Assembly (NCBI GenBank): GCA_002010065.2
Contig: MTMD02000002.1
Coordinates: 64,001 to 128,000 of the forward strand
Reading direction: 5' to 3'
DNA from: Candidatus Pyrohabitans jungbluthii
GTDB taxonomy: Archaea > Hydrothermarchaeota > Hydrothermarchaeia > Hydrothermarchaeales > BMS3B
Length of the DNA: 64,000 nt
The notes under the pieces are model-generated. The model did not search any database. It saw only the letters and a program-made list of their open reading frames with translations, and was not told the DNA's origin. This document shows, in pieces, positions 44,818 to 54,874 of this stretch. Within the stretch, counting starts at the first letter, position 1; each line of letters opens with the position of its first letter. The position numbers and the translations under genes are program-made.

Positions 44818-46349
44818 CTCGCCTTAACCTCCTGCTTGAACTTCTTCTCAATCATCTGCTTGAGCTCCTGCATCTTCTCAAACGCATGCGGGTTATCGCG
44901 GAAGTAGCGCTGCACAATTTCATCGCCTTCCAGCCACTCCATGAGCTTCGGGAAGTCTGGGTTCTGCATCATCTGCGCCATTATGCCAGAGATGCTGTGC
45001 TTCATGAAGAACTCCTCGTCTCTGCCTTTGAGCTCAGCTGGCATTCGCATTCGATCTAGCTCGCCGCGCTTCTCAAGTGCCTTAACCATAGCCTCGTACA
45101 CCACCTCGAACATCATCAGCGACATGCGCTTGTTCTCTGGCGCCAAGCCATAGACCTTGCAGGTGTCCTCGATGCTGAGCATGCACACAGCGCAGGGCGT
45201 GGTCACAAGTTCAGCGCCTGTGTTCTTTATCTGCTCCGCCTTTATCTTCGAAACCTTCCTGCGAAGCTCAGTGTTCTCGGGCAGGCGCATCGGTCCAGAG
45301 CCAGCGTTGCAGCAGTAGTTGTACTCTCTGTTGGGCGTCATCTCCACGAAATTCTCTGCGACGCTGCGCAGAAGCTCGCGCTCCATCTCGCCCATGCCAG
45401 CTAGGCGAGTGACGTAGCACGGGTCGTGCATTGTTATCTTCTGTTTAATCTTCTCAACCGGAAGCTTGCCAGACTTTATAAGCTCAAGCATCAGCGAGTC
45501 CACGCTTACAATCGGGAACTTGAAGGGTCTGCCCAGTGTTTCAGTCGCCTCGACGTAAAGCGTGCGCACGTCGCAGCCGCACTCCACGACGAGCACCTTC
45601 TGCACCCCGAGGCGCTCCGCCTCAGCCTCCCACTCAAGGAGCATCTGCTTGCTCAGCTCGTGGTGCACCACGATGTGGTCTATCTCTGTACCCGTGTCAA
45701 TAACTCTTGGCGATACTGTGTAGCTCACTCCGGCGGCGTTCAGAATCTTGGGCAGCTTTATGCCGTAGTCAGGTATCTTTGTGTTGCCTGCAGCTGGGCA
45801 CACGAAGAGGTACTCCGCGCCCTTAACTTCGACAGGAAGCTCTGTGCCGTCGGTGTACAGGAATAGGCCCACTCGCCCGAAGACCTGCTCTCTTGTTAAG
45901 CCAAAGGAGTGACGCAGGTTGCGGGTGTTCTCCACTATGGACTTAATCGTGGGGTTCTCCTCGCTCAAGCCAGCGTCGCTGTAGGCTGCTCTGGCTAAGC
46001 GAACTATTCGCCTAGTGCTCAGCCCCTGAGGACACGCGAGGGTGCAGCGCCCGCAGGCAGTGCACTTCCAGAAGTACTCCATGTTCTCTCTCAGGTCCTT
46101 CACTGTAGGCGTTTCCATTAAACCGAGGGCACCCTTTATCTTGCCCTCCAGCGTCATGTAGCGCTTGTAGATCTTTCGTATAAAGTCGGTCTTGTAGGTG
46201 GGATGCAGCTTTTCATCGCCAGTGGTGAGGTACCAGGCGCAGGCTTCGCCGCAGTTCTTGCAGCCTATGCATGCTTCTAGGTTCACTATATCCTCTGCTG
46301 TGAGGTTCCTCTTTAGTGAGTCCACAAAGAGCTGCATTTCGCGCTCCAT
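44814..46349 (-). CDS. DsrK/HmeD/HdrD-like CCG-domain Fe-S oxidoreductase
   Basis: CIGCKNCGEAC, CTACGRCTLACP, ECG, HDPC..YCCNAG..PCAVC; GGAGGTG leader. Confidence 0.85.
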   Translation of the reverse strand: MEREMQLFVDSLKRNLTAEDIVNLEACIGCKNCGEACAWYLTTGDEKLHPTYKTDFIRKIYKRYMTLEGKIKGALGLMETPTVKDLRENMEYFWKCTACGRCTLACPQGLSTRRIVRLARAAYSDAGLSEENPTIKSIVENTRNLRHSFGLTREQVFGRVGLFLYTDGTELPVEVKGAEYLFVCPAAGNTKIPDYGIKLPKILNAAGVSYTVSPRVIDTGTEIDHIVVHHELSKQMLLEWEAEAERLGVQKVLVVECGCDVRTLYVEATETLGRPFKFPIVSVDSLMLELIKSGKLPVEKIKQKITMHDPCYVTRLAGMGEMERELLRSVAENFVEMTPNREYNYCCNAGSGPMRLPENTELRRKVSKIKAEQIKNTGAELVTTPCAVCMLSIEDTCKVYGLAPENKRMSLMMFEVVYEAMVKALEKRGELDRMRMPAELKGRDEEFFMKHSISGIMAQMMQNPDFPKLMEWLEGDEIVQRYFRDNPHAFEKMQELKQMIEKKFKQEVKAR

Positions 46350-46510
46350 ATAGCACCTCCATCTTTTAATTTTTTTGTACATTACTTAAGGTAGTATTTA
46401 ACATTTATAAACATTTATATGTGTTTTATATATATAGCGACTATGTTTCAAAAATTGATACATTCATCGAAACTCACATATCATGGACATTCATTTTAAA
46501 AACATGGTCA

Positions 46511-47329
46511 ATGTTAGGTGCGCTGGATTTAAGCATGGAGACTCTTGAAAAGCTTGTAAAGCAGCTTGCGAGCCTATCCCCGGGCACCGAGGAGAAGCTA
46601 AGGATTATAGAGATGCTCGCAAGGCAGGGGGAGATGCCCTTCAGCAAGCTGAGAGAAGCCATGCCTGAGCTCAACAGGTCCACACTGTACAACTACCTAG
46701 ACGACCTAGTTAAGGGAGGGCTTCTCAAGAAGCGTATTGTTCATGAGCCCGGAAAGAGGCCAGTGTCCTACTACTCCGTAGCGGACTTCTTCATTTACCT
46801 TTCGCCCCAGTGCCTTCTCCGCATAGCCTCCGGCGCTGATACAGGCTTTGTGAACGACAAGTTTTACCCCACAGTGAAGGTTAAGGTGGTGGACAGCGCG
46901 GGCAATGAAAGCGAGTACCATCCAAGCATCCTGGTGCGTGATCTGCTGGACGCTGGCATACGCGTGGAAGACGCCCTTGATGCGGCGCTCTACGTGGCTG
47001 AGAACCTGTACGAGGGCATAACCACCGACGAAATCGCTGAACTCGCTGCAAAGCGCCTCGCCGAGAAGGACAAATCGTTAGCGGAGCGTTTTCTCTGGTT
47101 CCTTCACGGGCCAATAAGCGTTCGCCGCTCCAACGGGAGCTATGAGAACTGGGATAGAGCAAAACTTGAGAAGGAGATTGCCAAGGAGTGGAAGGGCATA
47201 GAGAAGACTCCACGTGAGCTGGCGCTGCTCTCAAGGCAGGCGGAGAGGTGCATAAAGAGGCAGGGTTTGCAGGGCGCGGTGGACGAGAATTACGTTAAGG
47301 ATGTTATTAAGATGGTGCTGCGGGGGTGA
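46511..47329 (+). CDS. ArsR-type wHTH fused to two ATP-cone-like domains (start uncertain)
   Basis: KL.I...L..FSKL...LNRSTLYNYL..L..GGLL HTH; VKVVDSAG..SEY..SIL..L..AG and ISVRRSNG..ENWDR.KL. Confidence 0.7.
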   Translation: MLGALDLSMETLEKLVKQLASLSPGTEEKLRIIEMLARQGEMPFSKLREAMPELNRSTLYNYLDDLVKGGLLKKRIVHEPGKRPVSYYSVADFFIYLSPQCLLRIASGADTGFVNDKFYPTVKVKVVDSAGNESEYHPSILVRDLLDAGIRVEDALDAALYVAENLYEGITTDEIAELAAKRLAEKDKSLAERFLWFLHGPISVRRSNGSYENWDRAKLEKEIAKEWKGIEKTPRELALLSRQAERCIKRQGLQGAVDENYVKDVIKMVLRG

Positions 47330-47332
47330 GGG

Positions 47333-49003
47333 CTACATCCTCTCAAGCACTGGCATGCCTAAGAGTTTCATAGCATTGCCCAGCACTGTTCTCGTGGCAT
47401 TAACAAGATTGAGTCTGAAATCCTTAAACTCGCTTTTCAGCACGGGGTCAAACATGTAGAAGCGGTGGAAGGCAGTGGCAAGCTCGAGAAGGTAGGAGGC
47501 GAGCATACTCGGCTTGCGCTGCTTTGCCGAACTCTCCACCACCTCGGGAAAGGCGGCGAGAAGCTTCACAAGTGCGCGCTCGTTGTCAGTAAGCTCGTGA
47601 ACTTCGAAGCTCGCCGGTGGGGACTCCTTCTCAAGAATCCTTGTAGCCCTGGCGTAGGCGTACTGCAGGAAGGGTCCACCCTGACGCTCGAAATCCAAGG
47701 CTTCCTCCCAGCGAAAAACCATCGCCTTCTCGGGTGAGACCTTAACTATGTTGAACCTAACGGCGGCGATTCCAACCTTCTCAGCCACGCTGCGTTTGAA
47801 CTCCTCGCTGGCATCGCCTCGACGCTTCGCCACCTCTTCATAAGCCCTGAAGACCGCTTCGGTAATAAGCTCATCCAGGGATATGAAGACACCCTTCCGG
47901 GTGGACATTCGCCCAGAGGGCAGGGAGATGAACTCGTAGATTATAAACTCCGGCTCCTCCTCGCCCAGGATGCGGAGGGCTGCGCTAAGCTGCGCCGCAA
48001 GCAACTTGTGGTCCGCGCCCCACACGTTTATAAGCTTGCCCAGCTTCGCCTTCCAGAGGTGATGCGCTATATCGCGGGTGGCGTAGAGGTAGGTGCCATC
48101 GCTCCTGCGCAGCACCAGCTCCTTCTCTATCCCGAACTCCTCCAGGTCAAGGTAGAGCACATCGTCCTCCCGAGCGTACTTTGTGGAGCGCAGCCTTTCT
48201 ACGACCTCATCCACATCACCACGACGCACAAACTCGCTCTCCCAGGTGATCATGTCATGCGAAATGCCCAGCCTTTCCAGCGTCGCAGTGATTCCCTGCA
48301 GGCAGTACTCCGCCGCAGATTTGAACTCCTCCACAACGCGCTCATCGCCTGCTTCGTAGGCGCGCATCAGCGAAGAAAGCTCCTGCTGGAGCTCCTCCCT
48401 CTCCTCCACCATTTTATTAGCCTTAACGTACACCTCCGCTATGGCATGGTCTGGCTTTTTAGCCCTGTCCAGCTCAAGCGTGCGAAGCCCCAGCACCACG
48501 ACGGCGAGCTGCTTCCCCATGTCGTTCAGGTAGTACTGGGTTGTAACCTCGTAACCAGCGAAGCGCAGTATTCTCGCAAGAGCATCGCCCAGTATGGCGT
48601 TTCTCCCATGCCCTATGTGGAGGGGACCGTCCGGGTTAGCTGAGGTGTGCTCCAGTATAATTTTCTCCCCCTTCGCCTCCCCTTTTCCATAATCCTCGCC
48701 CTTTTCCAGAATCTCCTCTACAAGCGCTTCAGCGAGGGCTTCGTAGTTAAAGTAGAAGTTGATGAACCCGTTGAGCGCCTTAACCTCTTTTATAAATCTC
48801 GCCCCAGCCACATCGATACGCGAAGCAAGCTCCTCCGCAATCTTGGCAGGAGGCTTTTTTAACTGCCTTGCAAGGGTAAAGCACACCGGCGAGGCTAGGT
48901 CGCCATACCCCTGCCTTGGCTCCTCAAGGGTAACCTCAGCCTCAACATCGCCAAGAGCTTTGAGCAGTAGCTCCTTCGCCTCCCTCTTCACCTTGCTCAG
49001 CAT
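47333..49003 (-). CDS. argS: Arginine--tRNA ligase
   Basis: EHTSANPDGPLHIGHGRNA, RSDGT.LY..RD.A.H, RMSTRKG, QYAYARA. Confidence 0.97.
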   Translation of the reverse strand: MLSKVKREAKELLLKALGDVEAEVTLEEPRQGYGDLASPVCFTLARQLKKPPAKIAEELASRIDVAGARFIKEVKALNGFINFYFNYEALAEALVEEILEKGEDYGKGEAKGEKIILEHTSANPDGPLHIGHGRNAILGDALARILRFAGYEVTTQYYLNDMGKQLAVVVLGLRTLELDRAKKPDHAIAEVYVKANKMVEEREELQQELSSLMRAYEAGDERVVEEFKSAAEYCLQGITATLERLGISHDMITWESEFVRRGDVDEVVERLRSTKYAREDDVLYLDLEEFGIEKELVLRRSDGTYLYATRDIAHHLWKAKLGKLINVWGADHKLLAAQLSAALRILGEEEPEFIIYEFISLPSGRMSTRKGVFISLDELITEAVFRAYEEVAKRRGDASEEFKRSVAEKVGIAAVRFNIVKVSPEKAMVFRWEEALDFERQGGPFLQYAYARATRILEKESPPASFEVHELTDNERALVKLLAAFPEVVESSAKQRKPSMLASYLLELATAFHRFYMFDPVLKSEFKDFRLNLVNATRTVLGNAMKLLGMPVLERM

Positions 49004-49007
49004 AGCC

Positions 49008-50246
49008 CTACCTCGGTCTGTAGCGGAGGATCGCGGCAATGCCTCCGAAGCTGCGTAGCTGCTGACCCTCCTCTGTTTCTGTGGATATCACTTCAACCTT
49101 GGCGTTCGTCGCGTCTGCCAGCTCTTTAAGCTCATCCAGAGTGCTCTTAAAGCTCTCAATAGATAGGGAGCGCTCTCCGCACTTGGGGCACTGCTCCTTA
49201 TTTAGCTGCTGCTCCAGCGTCTTTAAATCCTTGACCGTCTTCTCAGTCTTGTAATCGCAACTTGAGCAGGCGATGGTAACGCGGTAGCTCTCCACATCCT
49301 CGGAAAAGAGCAGCGTATCCACGGCGCCCATCTGAAGGTATTCTCTGACTTCATTCAAACCGTATGCCGCTAAGCCGTGATCCTTGACCACCTCTCTGAG
49401 AAACTTCTGCACCAGCTTCTTCTCCTTGACTATCTCCAGCTCTTCGAAGACGCCAGAAGCCTTGTCCACCAGCTCCGTTAAGCCAAACTCGTCGGTATAG
49501 GAGGTGTCTATTATGTCTATAACCTTCTTCTTAACTTCGTGGTGCAGGTAGTCGGCGTTCACAAAAAACTCTTTCGTCGGTCCAGGTCCGCCCACAAGCA
49601 CACCCAACAGGTCTGGCACGTTCATGAAAATCTCGCTCGCCTGCTCACCCACGCGTTTGAAGTATTCATGGGCGGCGATCTCTATAAGCCTCTCAAAGCG
49701 GCGCTGACTTTGACCGCCGCGACCATGCTTTCTGGGCACGTTGGAGATTATCCTGCGCACTGTCTCTATTCGCTTGCCCTTGAGCAGGCCTATTGTAGCT
49801 TCATTCCTATCCACTAGAAGCAAGCCGTAGGTGCCCTTCTCCTCAAGCATCTCCTTTATGGGGTCTAGGAGAAACTGGGAGTCGCAGCGGTAGATGTAGG
49901 TGGTTATGGGCTCCGGGGGCTCTATTATGTAAACTTCCATCTTATCCTTGGTGCCGTGGGGGATAGTGCCCACGAGCAACACCATACCCTTCTCAGGCGG
50001 GCGCTTGAACAGCTTGAGGCGCTGCATTATAACCTCTAAAGCAGACTGCACATTCTTCCTCGTCCTCGCACTCTTTATGTTCATCGCCTGGGAGTACTCC
50101 TCCCGCATCTGAGCCATGACGTCGGCTAAGTTCTTATCCGGCGGGATGTAAAGGCTAATCAGCTCTGTGCCTTTGCCCTTCTTGCTCTCCAGAAACTCTA
50201 TTTCCTTTTTCAGCCTGTGCAGCTCAACCGAGGATGCCTTTGCCAT
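49008..50246 (-). CDS. prf1: Peptide chain release factor aRF1
   Basis: GTELISLYIPP, NIKS, YRCDSQF, GRGGQSQRRF, FGGIAAILRY. Confidence 0.97.
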   Translation of the reverse strand: MAKASSVELHRLKKEIEFLESKKGKGTELISLYIPPDKNLADVMAQMREEYSQAMNIKSARTRKNVQSALEVIMQRLKLFKRPPEKGMVLLVGTIPHGTKDKMEVYIIEPPEPITTYIYRCDSQFLLDPIKEMLEEKGTYGLLLVDRNEATIGLLKGKRIETVRRIISNVPRKHGRGGQSQRRFERLIEIAAHEYFKRVGEQASEIFMNVPDLLGVLVGGPGPTKEFFVNADYLHHEVKKKVIDIIDTSYTDEFGLTELVDKASGVFEELEIVKEKKLVQKFLREVVKDHGLAAYGLNEVREYLQMGAVDTLLFSEDVESYRVTIACSSCDYKTEKTVKDLKTLEQQLNKEQCPKCGERSLSIESFKSTLDELKELADATNAKVEVISTETEEGQQLRSFGGIAAILRYRPR

Positions 50247-50369
50247 TATATCACCAAATATCCCGAAAAGAAGGGAAGTCTTTCCTTTTGTTTTTTTCCT
50301 GTTTATTTTTAAACTTTGCGCCTAAAAGTTTAAATATGTACCTGATGAATCACAGGTAGCAAAGTTAAC

Positions 50370-51050
50370 ATGGTGAGATATTTGAAGGCTGTGCTCAGCT
50401 TGGGTGGCTCCATAGTTGCGTCGCCTGGCATAAATCTGGATTTTATTAGAGAGTTTGCTTCGCTCGTGACTAAGCTTCGACGCGAGGGGTATCACCTAGC
50501 GATAGTGGTAGGTGGCGGAAGGGTGGCGAGGGAGTACATCGAAGCTGCTCGCGGCCTTGGAGCGAGTGAGAGTTTCTGCGATGAACTGGGTATATTGGCC
50601 ACGAGGATGAACGCACGCTTGGTTATAGCTGCGCTTGGGAATGAAGCGTATGAGCATGTGCCCGAGAGCATTGAGGAGATAGAGGAGTGGGATAAGGTTA
50701 TAGTTATGGGGGGTACTACCCCAGGACACACCACCGATGCCGTAGCTGCGATGCTTGCAGCGAGGCTGGGCGCAGAGCTGCTGGTAAACGCTACAAACGT
50801 AGACGGCGTTTACAGCGACGATCCGAAGAAGAATCCTGAGGCAAAGAAGTACGAAAGGATAAGCGTGGAGGAGTTAATTAAGCTTGTGGGCAACGAGCAC
50901 AGGGCAGGCGTCTCAGCAATCCTCGACCCCAAGGCAGTGAGGATAATAAAAGAGCACAGAATTAAAACTGTGGTAGTTAAGGGCGAACTCCAGCGCATTG
51001 AGGCAGCGCTGCGCGGAGGCGAGCATCGAGGCACTGAGATAGAGGTGTAG
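50370..51050 (+). CDS. pyrH: UMP kinase
   Basis: SLGGS, VVGGG..AR.YI, PGHTTDAVA, NVDGVY..DP. Confidence 0.95.
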   Translation: MVRYLKAVLSLGGSIVASPGINLDFIREFASLVTKLRREGYHLAIVVGGGRVAREYIEAARGLGASESFCDELGILATRMNARLVIAALGNEAYEHVPESIEEIEEWDKVIVMGGTTPGHTTDAVAAMLAARLGAELLVNATNVDGVYSDDPKKNPEAKKYERISVEELIKLVGNEHRAGVSAILDPKAVRIIKEHRIKTVVVKGELQRIEAALRGGEHRGTEIEV

Positions 51051-51053
51051 AAA

Positions 51054-52268
51054 TTGGTAGAGCTTAAGGTTACAAATCGCGGCGTTTGCGTTCCAGGGTT
51101 TATGGCAGCTGGGGTTAAGCGCGGAAAGTACGGCGTCGCCCTTATCAGAAGCGAAGCCCCTGCGAAGGCCTCGGTTATGCTCACCTCAAATAAGGTTAAG
51201 GCGGCGCCTCTGTTGGTCTCCAAGGAGCATGTGAACAACGATATTTTCGGGATAATCGCAAACTCTGGCAACGCGAATGCGTTTACCGGCGACGCTGGCA
51301 TGGAGGATGCCCGCGAGATGTGCTCGCTCGCGGCAAAGTTGCTTGGGGGCAAAGCGGAGAACTACCTCGTGGCAAGTACCGGCGTTATAGGCAGGAGGCT
51401 TGACCTGGCTACGGTTGAGAGGCTCGCTAACGAAGCCGCTCGCTCGCTGGAAACCTCGCCAAAGGCAAGCGAGGCTGCGGCTCGAGCTATAATGACCACC
51501 GACACCTTTCCAAAGATCTGCTCAGTCGAAGTTGAGCTCAGCGACGGCTCCCGCTACGAGGTAGGGGGCATAGCCAAAGGCGCGGGGATGATCGCGCCAA
51601 AGCTCAGCCATGCGACGATGCTTTGTTTCCTCACCACCAACGCGCGCCTGGAAAAGGAGGAGATGGACGAAGCGCTAGCTAAGGCGGTGGAGCAGAGCTT
51701 CAACCGCGTGGTTGTGGACGGCGACACAAGCACCAACGACTTTGTTGTTCTGCTCGCAAATGGAAGTGCAGCTAACGATAGCATCGAGGGCTTCCAGGAG
51801 GCACTGAATTTTGTTACGCAGACGCTCGCAAAGAGCATCGCTCGAGACGGAGAAGGGGCGACGAAGTACATAGAGGTGCGCGTTTTGGGTGCTGTGAGCG
51901 ATAGCGACGCAAATTTAGCCGCTAGAGCAGTGGTTGGCTCAAATTTAGTGAAAAGCGCTGTCTTTGGGGGCGACCCAAACTGGGGGCGAATAATCGCCGC
52001 CTTAGGCTACTCGGGCGCTGAGGTCGTGCCTGAAAAGATAACCCTGTACGTGGGTACAAAAGGCGACGAGAGAAGGGTGTGCCTGGTTGAAAAGGGGAAA
52101 CCCCTCGCTCTTGAGGGCACCGCAGAGCTTAAAGCAGCGGAGGAGGTGCTTAGACAAAAGGAGATTTACATCACCGCAGAGCTTAACCTTGGCAGAGGCA
52201 GGGGCGAAGCATACGGCTGCGATCTAACTTATGAGTACATCAGGATAAACGCCGAGTACACCACATGA
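51054..52268 (+). CDS. argJ: Ornithine acetyltransferase
   Basis: NSGNANA.TG, STGVIG, IMTTDT, KGAGMI.P..ATML, DGDTSTND, DGEGATK, DPNWGR. Confidence 0.96.
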   Translation: MVELKVTNRGVCVPGFMAAGVKRGKYGVALIRSEAPAKASVMLTSNKVKAAPLLVSKEHVNNDIFGIIANSGNANAFTGDAGMEDAREMCSLAAKLLGGKAENYLVASTGVIGRRLDLATVERLANEAARSLETSPKASEAAARAIMTTDTFPKICSVEVELSDGSRYEVGGIAKGAGMIAPKLSHATMLCFLTTNARLEKEEMDEALAKAVEQSFNRVVVDGDTSTNDFVVLLANGSAANDSIEGFQEALNFVTQTLAKSIARDGEGATKYIEVRVLGAVSDSDANLAARAVVGSNLVKSAVFGGDPNWGRIIAALGYSGAEVVPEKITLYVGTKGDERRVCLVEKGKPLALEGTAELKAAEEVLRQKEIYITAELNLGRGRGEAYGCDLTYEYIRINAEYTT

Positions 52269-52336
52269 CTTAAAACTTCTTTTCGGAAATGTTAAATATT
52301 CTTAAGGAGAAATTAAGAGCGAAGCTAGGGGTAGCC

Positions 52337-52624
52337 ATGGAGATAGAAAAAATCAACCTTGAAAAAGGCTCAGCAACTGGATTGAGAATCCTCCTCGGGA
52401 AAGCACCGCTTATAGTAATTAAGGCAGAAAAAGGCTACCTTATGTGCGGCTACCTCAATATAGAGGTGGCTGAGAAGCTTGGCGATGCTGCGGCGGTTGT
52501 GAGAGGGGTTAACACTTTCGAGGACATGCTCGAAAAAGAGGTTGCAGAGGTCACTAGTGCAGCGGAAGCACTTGGCATAAGGAGAGGGATGAAAGGTAGG
52601 GAAGCGCTGGAGAGGATGCTGTGA
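52337..52624 (+). CDS. YunC/DUF1805 family protein
   Basis: APL.VI..KGYLMCGYLN, A.V.GV, A..LGI..GM.G.EAL. Confidence 0.88.
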   Translation: MEIEKINLEKGSATGLRILLGKAPLIVIKAEKGYLMCGYLNIEVAEKLGDAAAVVRGVNTFEDMLEKEVAEVTSAAEALGIRRGMKGREALERML

Positions 52625-53544
52625 TGAGACCCTCGCTAGTATTGGTGCTTTTCCTGATACTGCTCACCCCCGTGCATGGAATTGAAATCACAAACTATGT
52701 GGCAAGCTTGGAAATATCCAACGATTATGGAATAGAGGAAGTGACGATCACAATATTCAATAACCAGAACATCACCATTACCGAGTTTCGATACCCCTTC
52801 TCCGGAAAGCTTAGAAATGTGATGGTCAGGAGCGGAGAGGAAGAGCTTAACTTCCGGGTAGAGAAGAGAGGTGAGCGCTCCTACATCGTGACAACCCTGC
52901 CAAAGCCTCTGCGCTTCGGCGACACCTACGAAATTACCTACCGCTACACCCTAGAACACATCGTGGAGAGGCACGAGAATATCTACATCCTGAGCGTAAC
53001 CCACTCCCTCTTCGCAAATGTAAAGAACTTCAAGTTCACCATAGCCTTACCACCTGGCTACGGTGTGGTGGAGAACGGAGTCAGCCCGGAGAGTGAGCCC
53101 ACCTCTGATGGGAGGAGAGTTATACTAAAATGGGAGCTCCACGAACCTATACCGCCAGAGTTTAAGGATTTCAGAGTTATTGTGATTTATGAGAACCTTT
53201 TCGAGGCGAGAGATTATATTTACATAGCTTTGCTCTTAATCGCCGCTGTAATCATACTCTTCCTTACATACAAGTATCTAAAGGCGAAGGGGATATCTAT
53301 TAGGTTGTTGCTCGACAGAAAGAAGAGGCTTGAAGAGAAGATAGAAATCCTCAAAGAGGATGAACAGAAGATAATGAAGCTGATAATAGAGAATGAAGGC
53401 ATAGACCAGCGAGACATTGTTAGAATTACAGGTTTTTCTAAAACAAAGGTAAGTAAGATATTATCTGAGCTTGAAAAGAGAGGAGCCATAAGGAAGGAGC
53501 AGGTAGGTAGAAGAAACAAGATATATCTTGCAAAGAAGCCATGA
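52621..53544 (+). CDS. Membrane-anchored regulator (extracellular domain, TM, C-terminal MarR-like wHTH; COG2512-like)
   Basis: Signal peptide, TM, then L.EDE..I..GI.Q.DI...TGFSK.KVS.IL..LE.RG..GR.N. Confidence 0.82.
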   Translation: MMRPSLVLVLFLILLTPVHGIEITNYVASLEISNDYGIEEVTITIFNNQNITITEFRYPFSGKLRNVMVRSGEEELNFRVEKRGERSYIVTTLPKPLRFGDTYEITYRYTLEHIVERHENIYILSVTHSLFANVKNFKFTIALPPGYGVVENGVSPESEPTSDGRRVILKWELHEPIPPEFKDFRVIVIYENLFEARDYIYIALLLIAAVIILFLTYKYLKAKGISIRLLLDRKKRLEEKIEILKEDEQKIMKLIIENEGIDQRDIVRITGFSKTKVSKILSELEKRGAIRKEQVGRRNKIYLAKKP

Positions 53545-53551
53545 TTTTCCA

Positions 53552-53571
53552 TATGAAAACGTATGAAAACG
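53552..53571. promoter_or_regulatory. Tandem 10-bp direct repeat, putative operator
   Basis: TATGAAAACG twice right after the HTH regulator, with a degenerate third copy near 53582. Confidence 0.45.
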
Positions 53572-53765
53572 TTACATCCAATATGGAAATTTCCGTAACG
53601 ACAAGGAGTAAATTTTAGCTGCTATTCGGTGAAAGGAACATTGTAAAACAAAAGGAAACAAAAAGGTTTTTAAAACACTTTTATTTTATGAGCATGTCTA
53701 AATGGTTATCAGAAAAATTTTATATCACTCATCCGGGACTATTATTAGAACGTGGTGAGGTGAAC

Positions 53766-53987
53766 ATGAAGAGGTTTGCAAATACCGCTCAGAAGGTTAA
53801 GGCAATCCTCGAGGTATTTGAGGGGAGGGAGAAGCTAGCCGGGGATGAGATAGTAACAAGACTCCGTGAGCGTGGCTACGATGTCAACCCTGGAAATATA
53901 AAGATGTTCATACGCTACCACATGCTTTACAAGTACCTGCGCAAGGAGTCGAGAAGCGGAAAGAACCTGTACTTCCTTATAAGTTAG
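53766..53987 (+). CDS. Small winged-helix-like hypothetical protein
   Basis: GAGGTG leader; AILEV....L...EI...L.ERGY.V helix pattern and terminal beta-wing. Confidence 0.6.
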   Translation: MKRFANTAQKVKAILEVFEGREKLAGDEIVTRLRERGYDVNPGNIKMFIRYHMLYKYLRKESRSGKNLYFLIS

Positions 53988-54023
53988 GATAAATTTTTAA
54001 GTTATCTCCTATCTTCTCTATTC

Positions 54024-54818
54024 ATGCATCTCAGGAAAGTGCTTGAGGAGCTTTTAGCTGGGAAGCTCAGCGTGGAGGAAGCGGAAAGGAAGATCAAGCT
54101 TTTCAGCTTGGAGGAAATCTCCGGTTTATCCAAGCTGGATATAAACAGAGAAGCGAGAGCGGGTGCCCCCGAGGCGGTGTTCGGCGAGGGTAAGAGCGCT
54201 GAGCAGATAATTAAAATTGCTGAGAAGTTTATTGAGCGAAAGGGGAGGTGCATAGTCACCCGCCTAAATGAGGAGAAGATAAGGGCGCTTAAAGAGAAGT
54301 TTGAGGGCAGAGCCAAGGTGGAGATTTATCCCAATGCCAGGCTGGTGGTGCTCAAGGCGAAAGACTTTAAGCTGGAGAAGACAGGCGGCAGGGTAGCGGT
54401 GCTCTGCGCAGGAAGCTCAGACATACCCGCCGCTGAGGAGGCGGAGGTGATCGCGAGGGAGATGGGATGCGAGGTGTTCTCCTTCCGCGATATTGGTATA
54501 GCAGGCATACACCGCCTTCTACCCGCGCTGGAAAAGATTGTGAGCGCCGACGTTGACGTGGCAATAGTGGCGGCTGGCATGGAAGGTGCTCTGCCAAGCG
54601 TAGTCGCAGGTCTTGTGGACATACCAATTATAGGCCTGCCCGTCTCCACAGGCTATGGCATCCACGGCAAGGGCGAGACGGCACTCTTTGCCATGCTCCA
54701 GAGCTGTTCCCCCGGCATAGCGGTGGTGAATATAGACAACGGTTTCGGCGCAGGTGTAGTGGCGGCGCTCATAGCGAACCGTGCTGCGAAGTTTAGACAG
54801 AGAGTATCTCATAAATGA
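54024..54818 (+). CDS. larB: Nickel-pincer cofactor biosynthesis protein LarB
   Basis: R.G.PEAVFGEGK, AGSSD.P.AEEA, D.GIAG.HRL, AGMEGALPSVV, SC.PG..VVNIDNGFGA. Confidence 0.93.
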   Translation: MHLRKVLEELLAGKLSVEEAERKIKLFSLEEISGLSKLDINREARAGAPEAVFGEGKSAEQIIKIAEKFIERKGRCIVTRLNEEKIRALKEKFEGRAKVEIYPNARLVVLKAKDFKLEKTGGRVAVLCAGSSDIPAAEEAEVIAREMGCEVFSFRDIGIAGIHRLLPALEKIVSADVDVAIVAAGMEGALPSVVAGLVDIPIIGLPVSTGYGIHGKGETALFAMLQSCSPGIAVVNIDNGFGAGVVAALIANRAAKFRQRVSHK

Positions 54819-54833
54819 GCAGGAAGGCGCCAA

Positions 54834-54874
54834 TGGTACGGAAGGGGTGATAGGGGCGGGGAAGGCGCCCCTAT
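54834..54874 (-). repeat. GC-rich hairpin repeat, copy 2
   Basis: Minus strand ATAGGGGCG-ccttccc-CGCCCCTAT-caccccttccgtacca directly after the larC stop. Confidence 0.75.
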
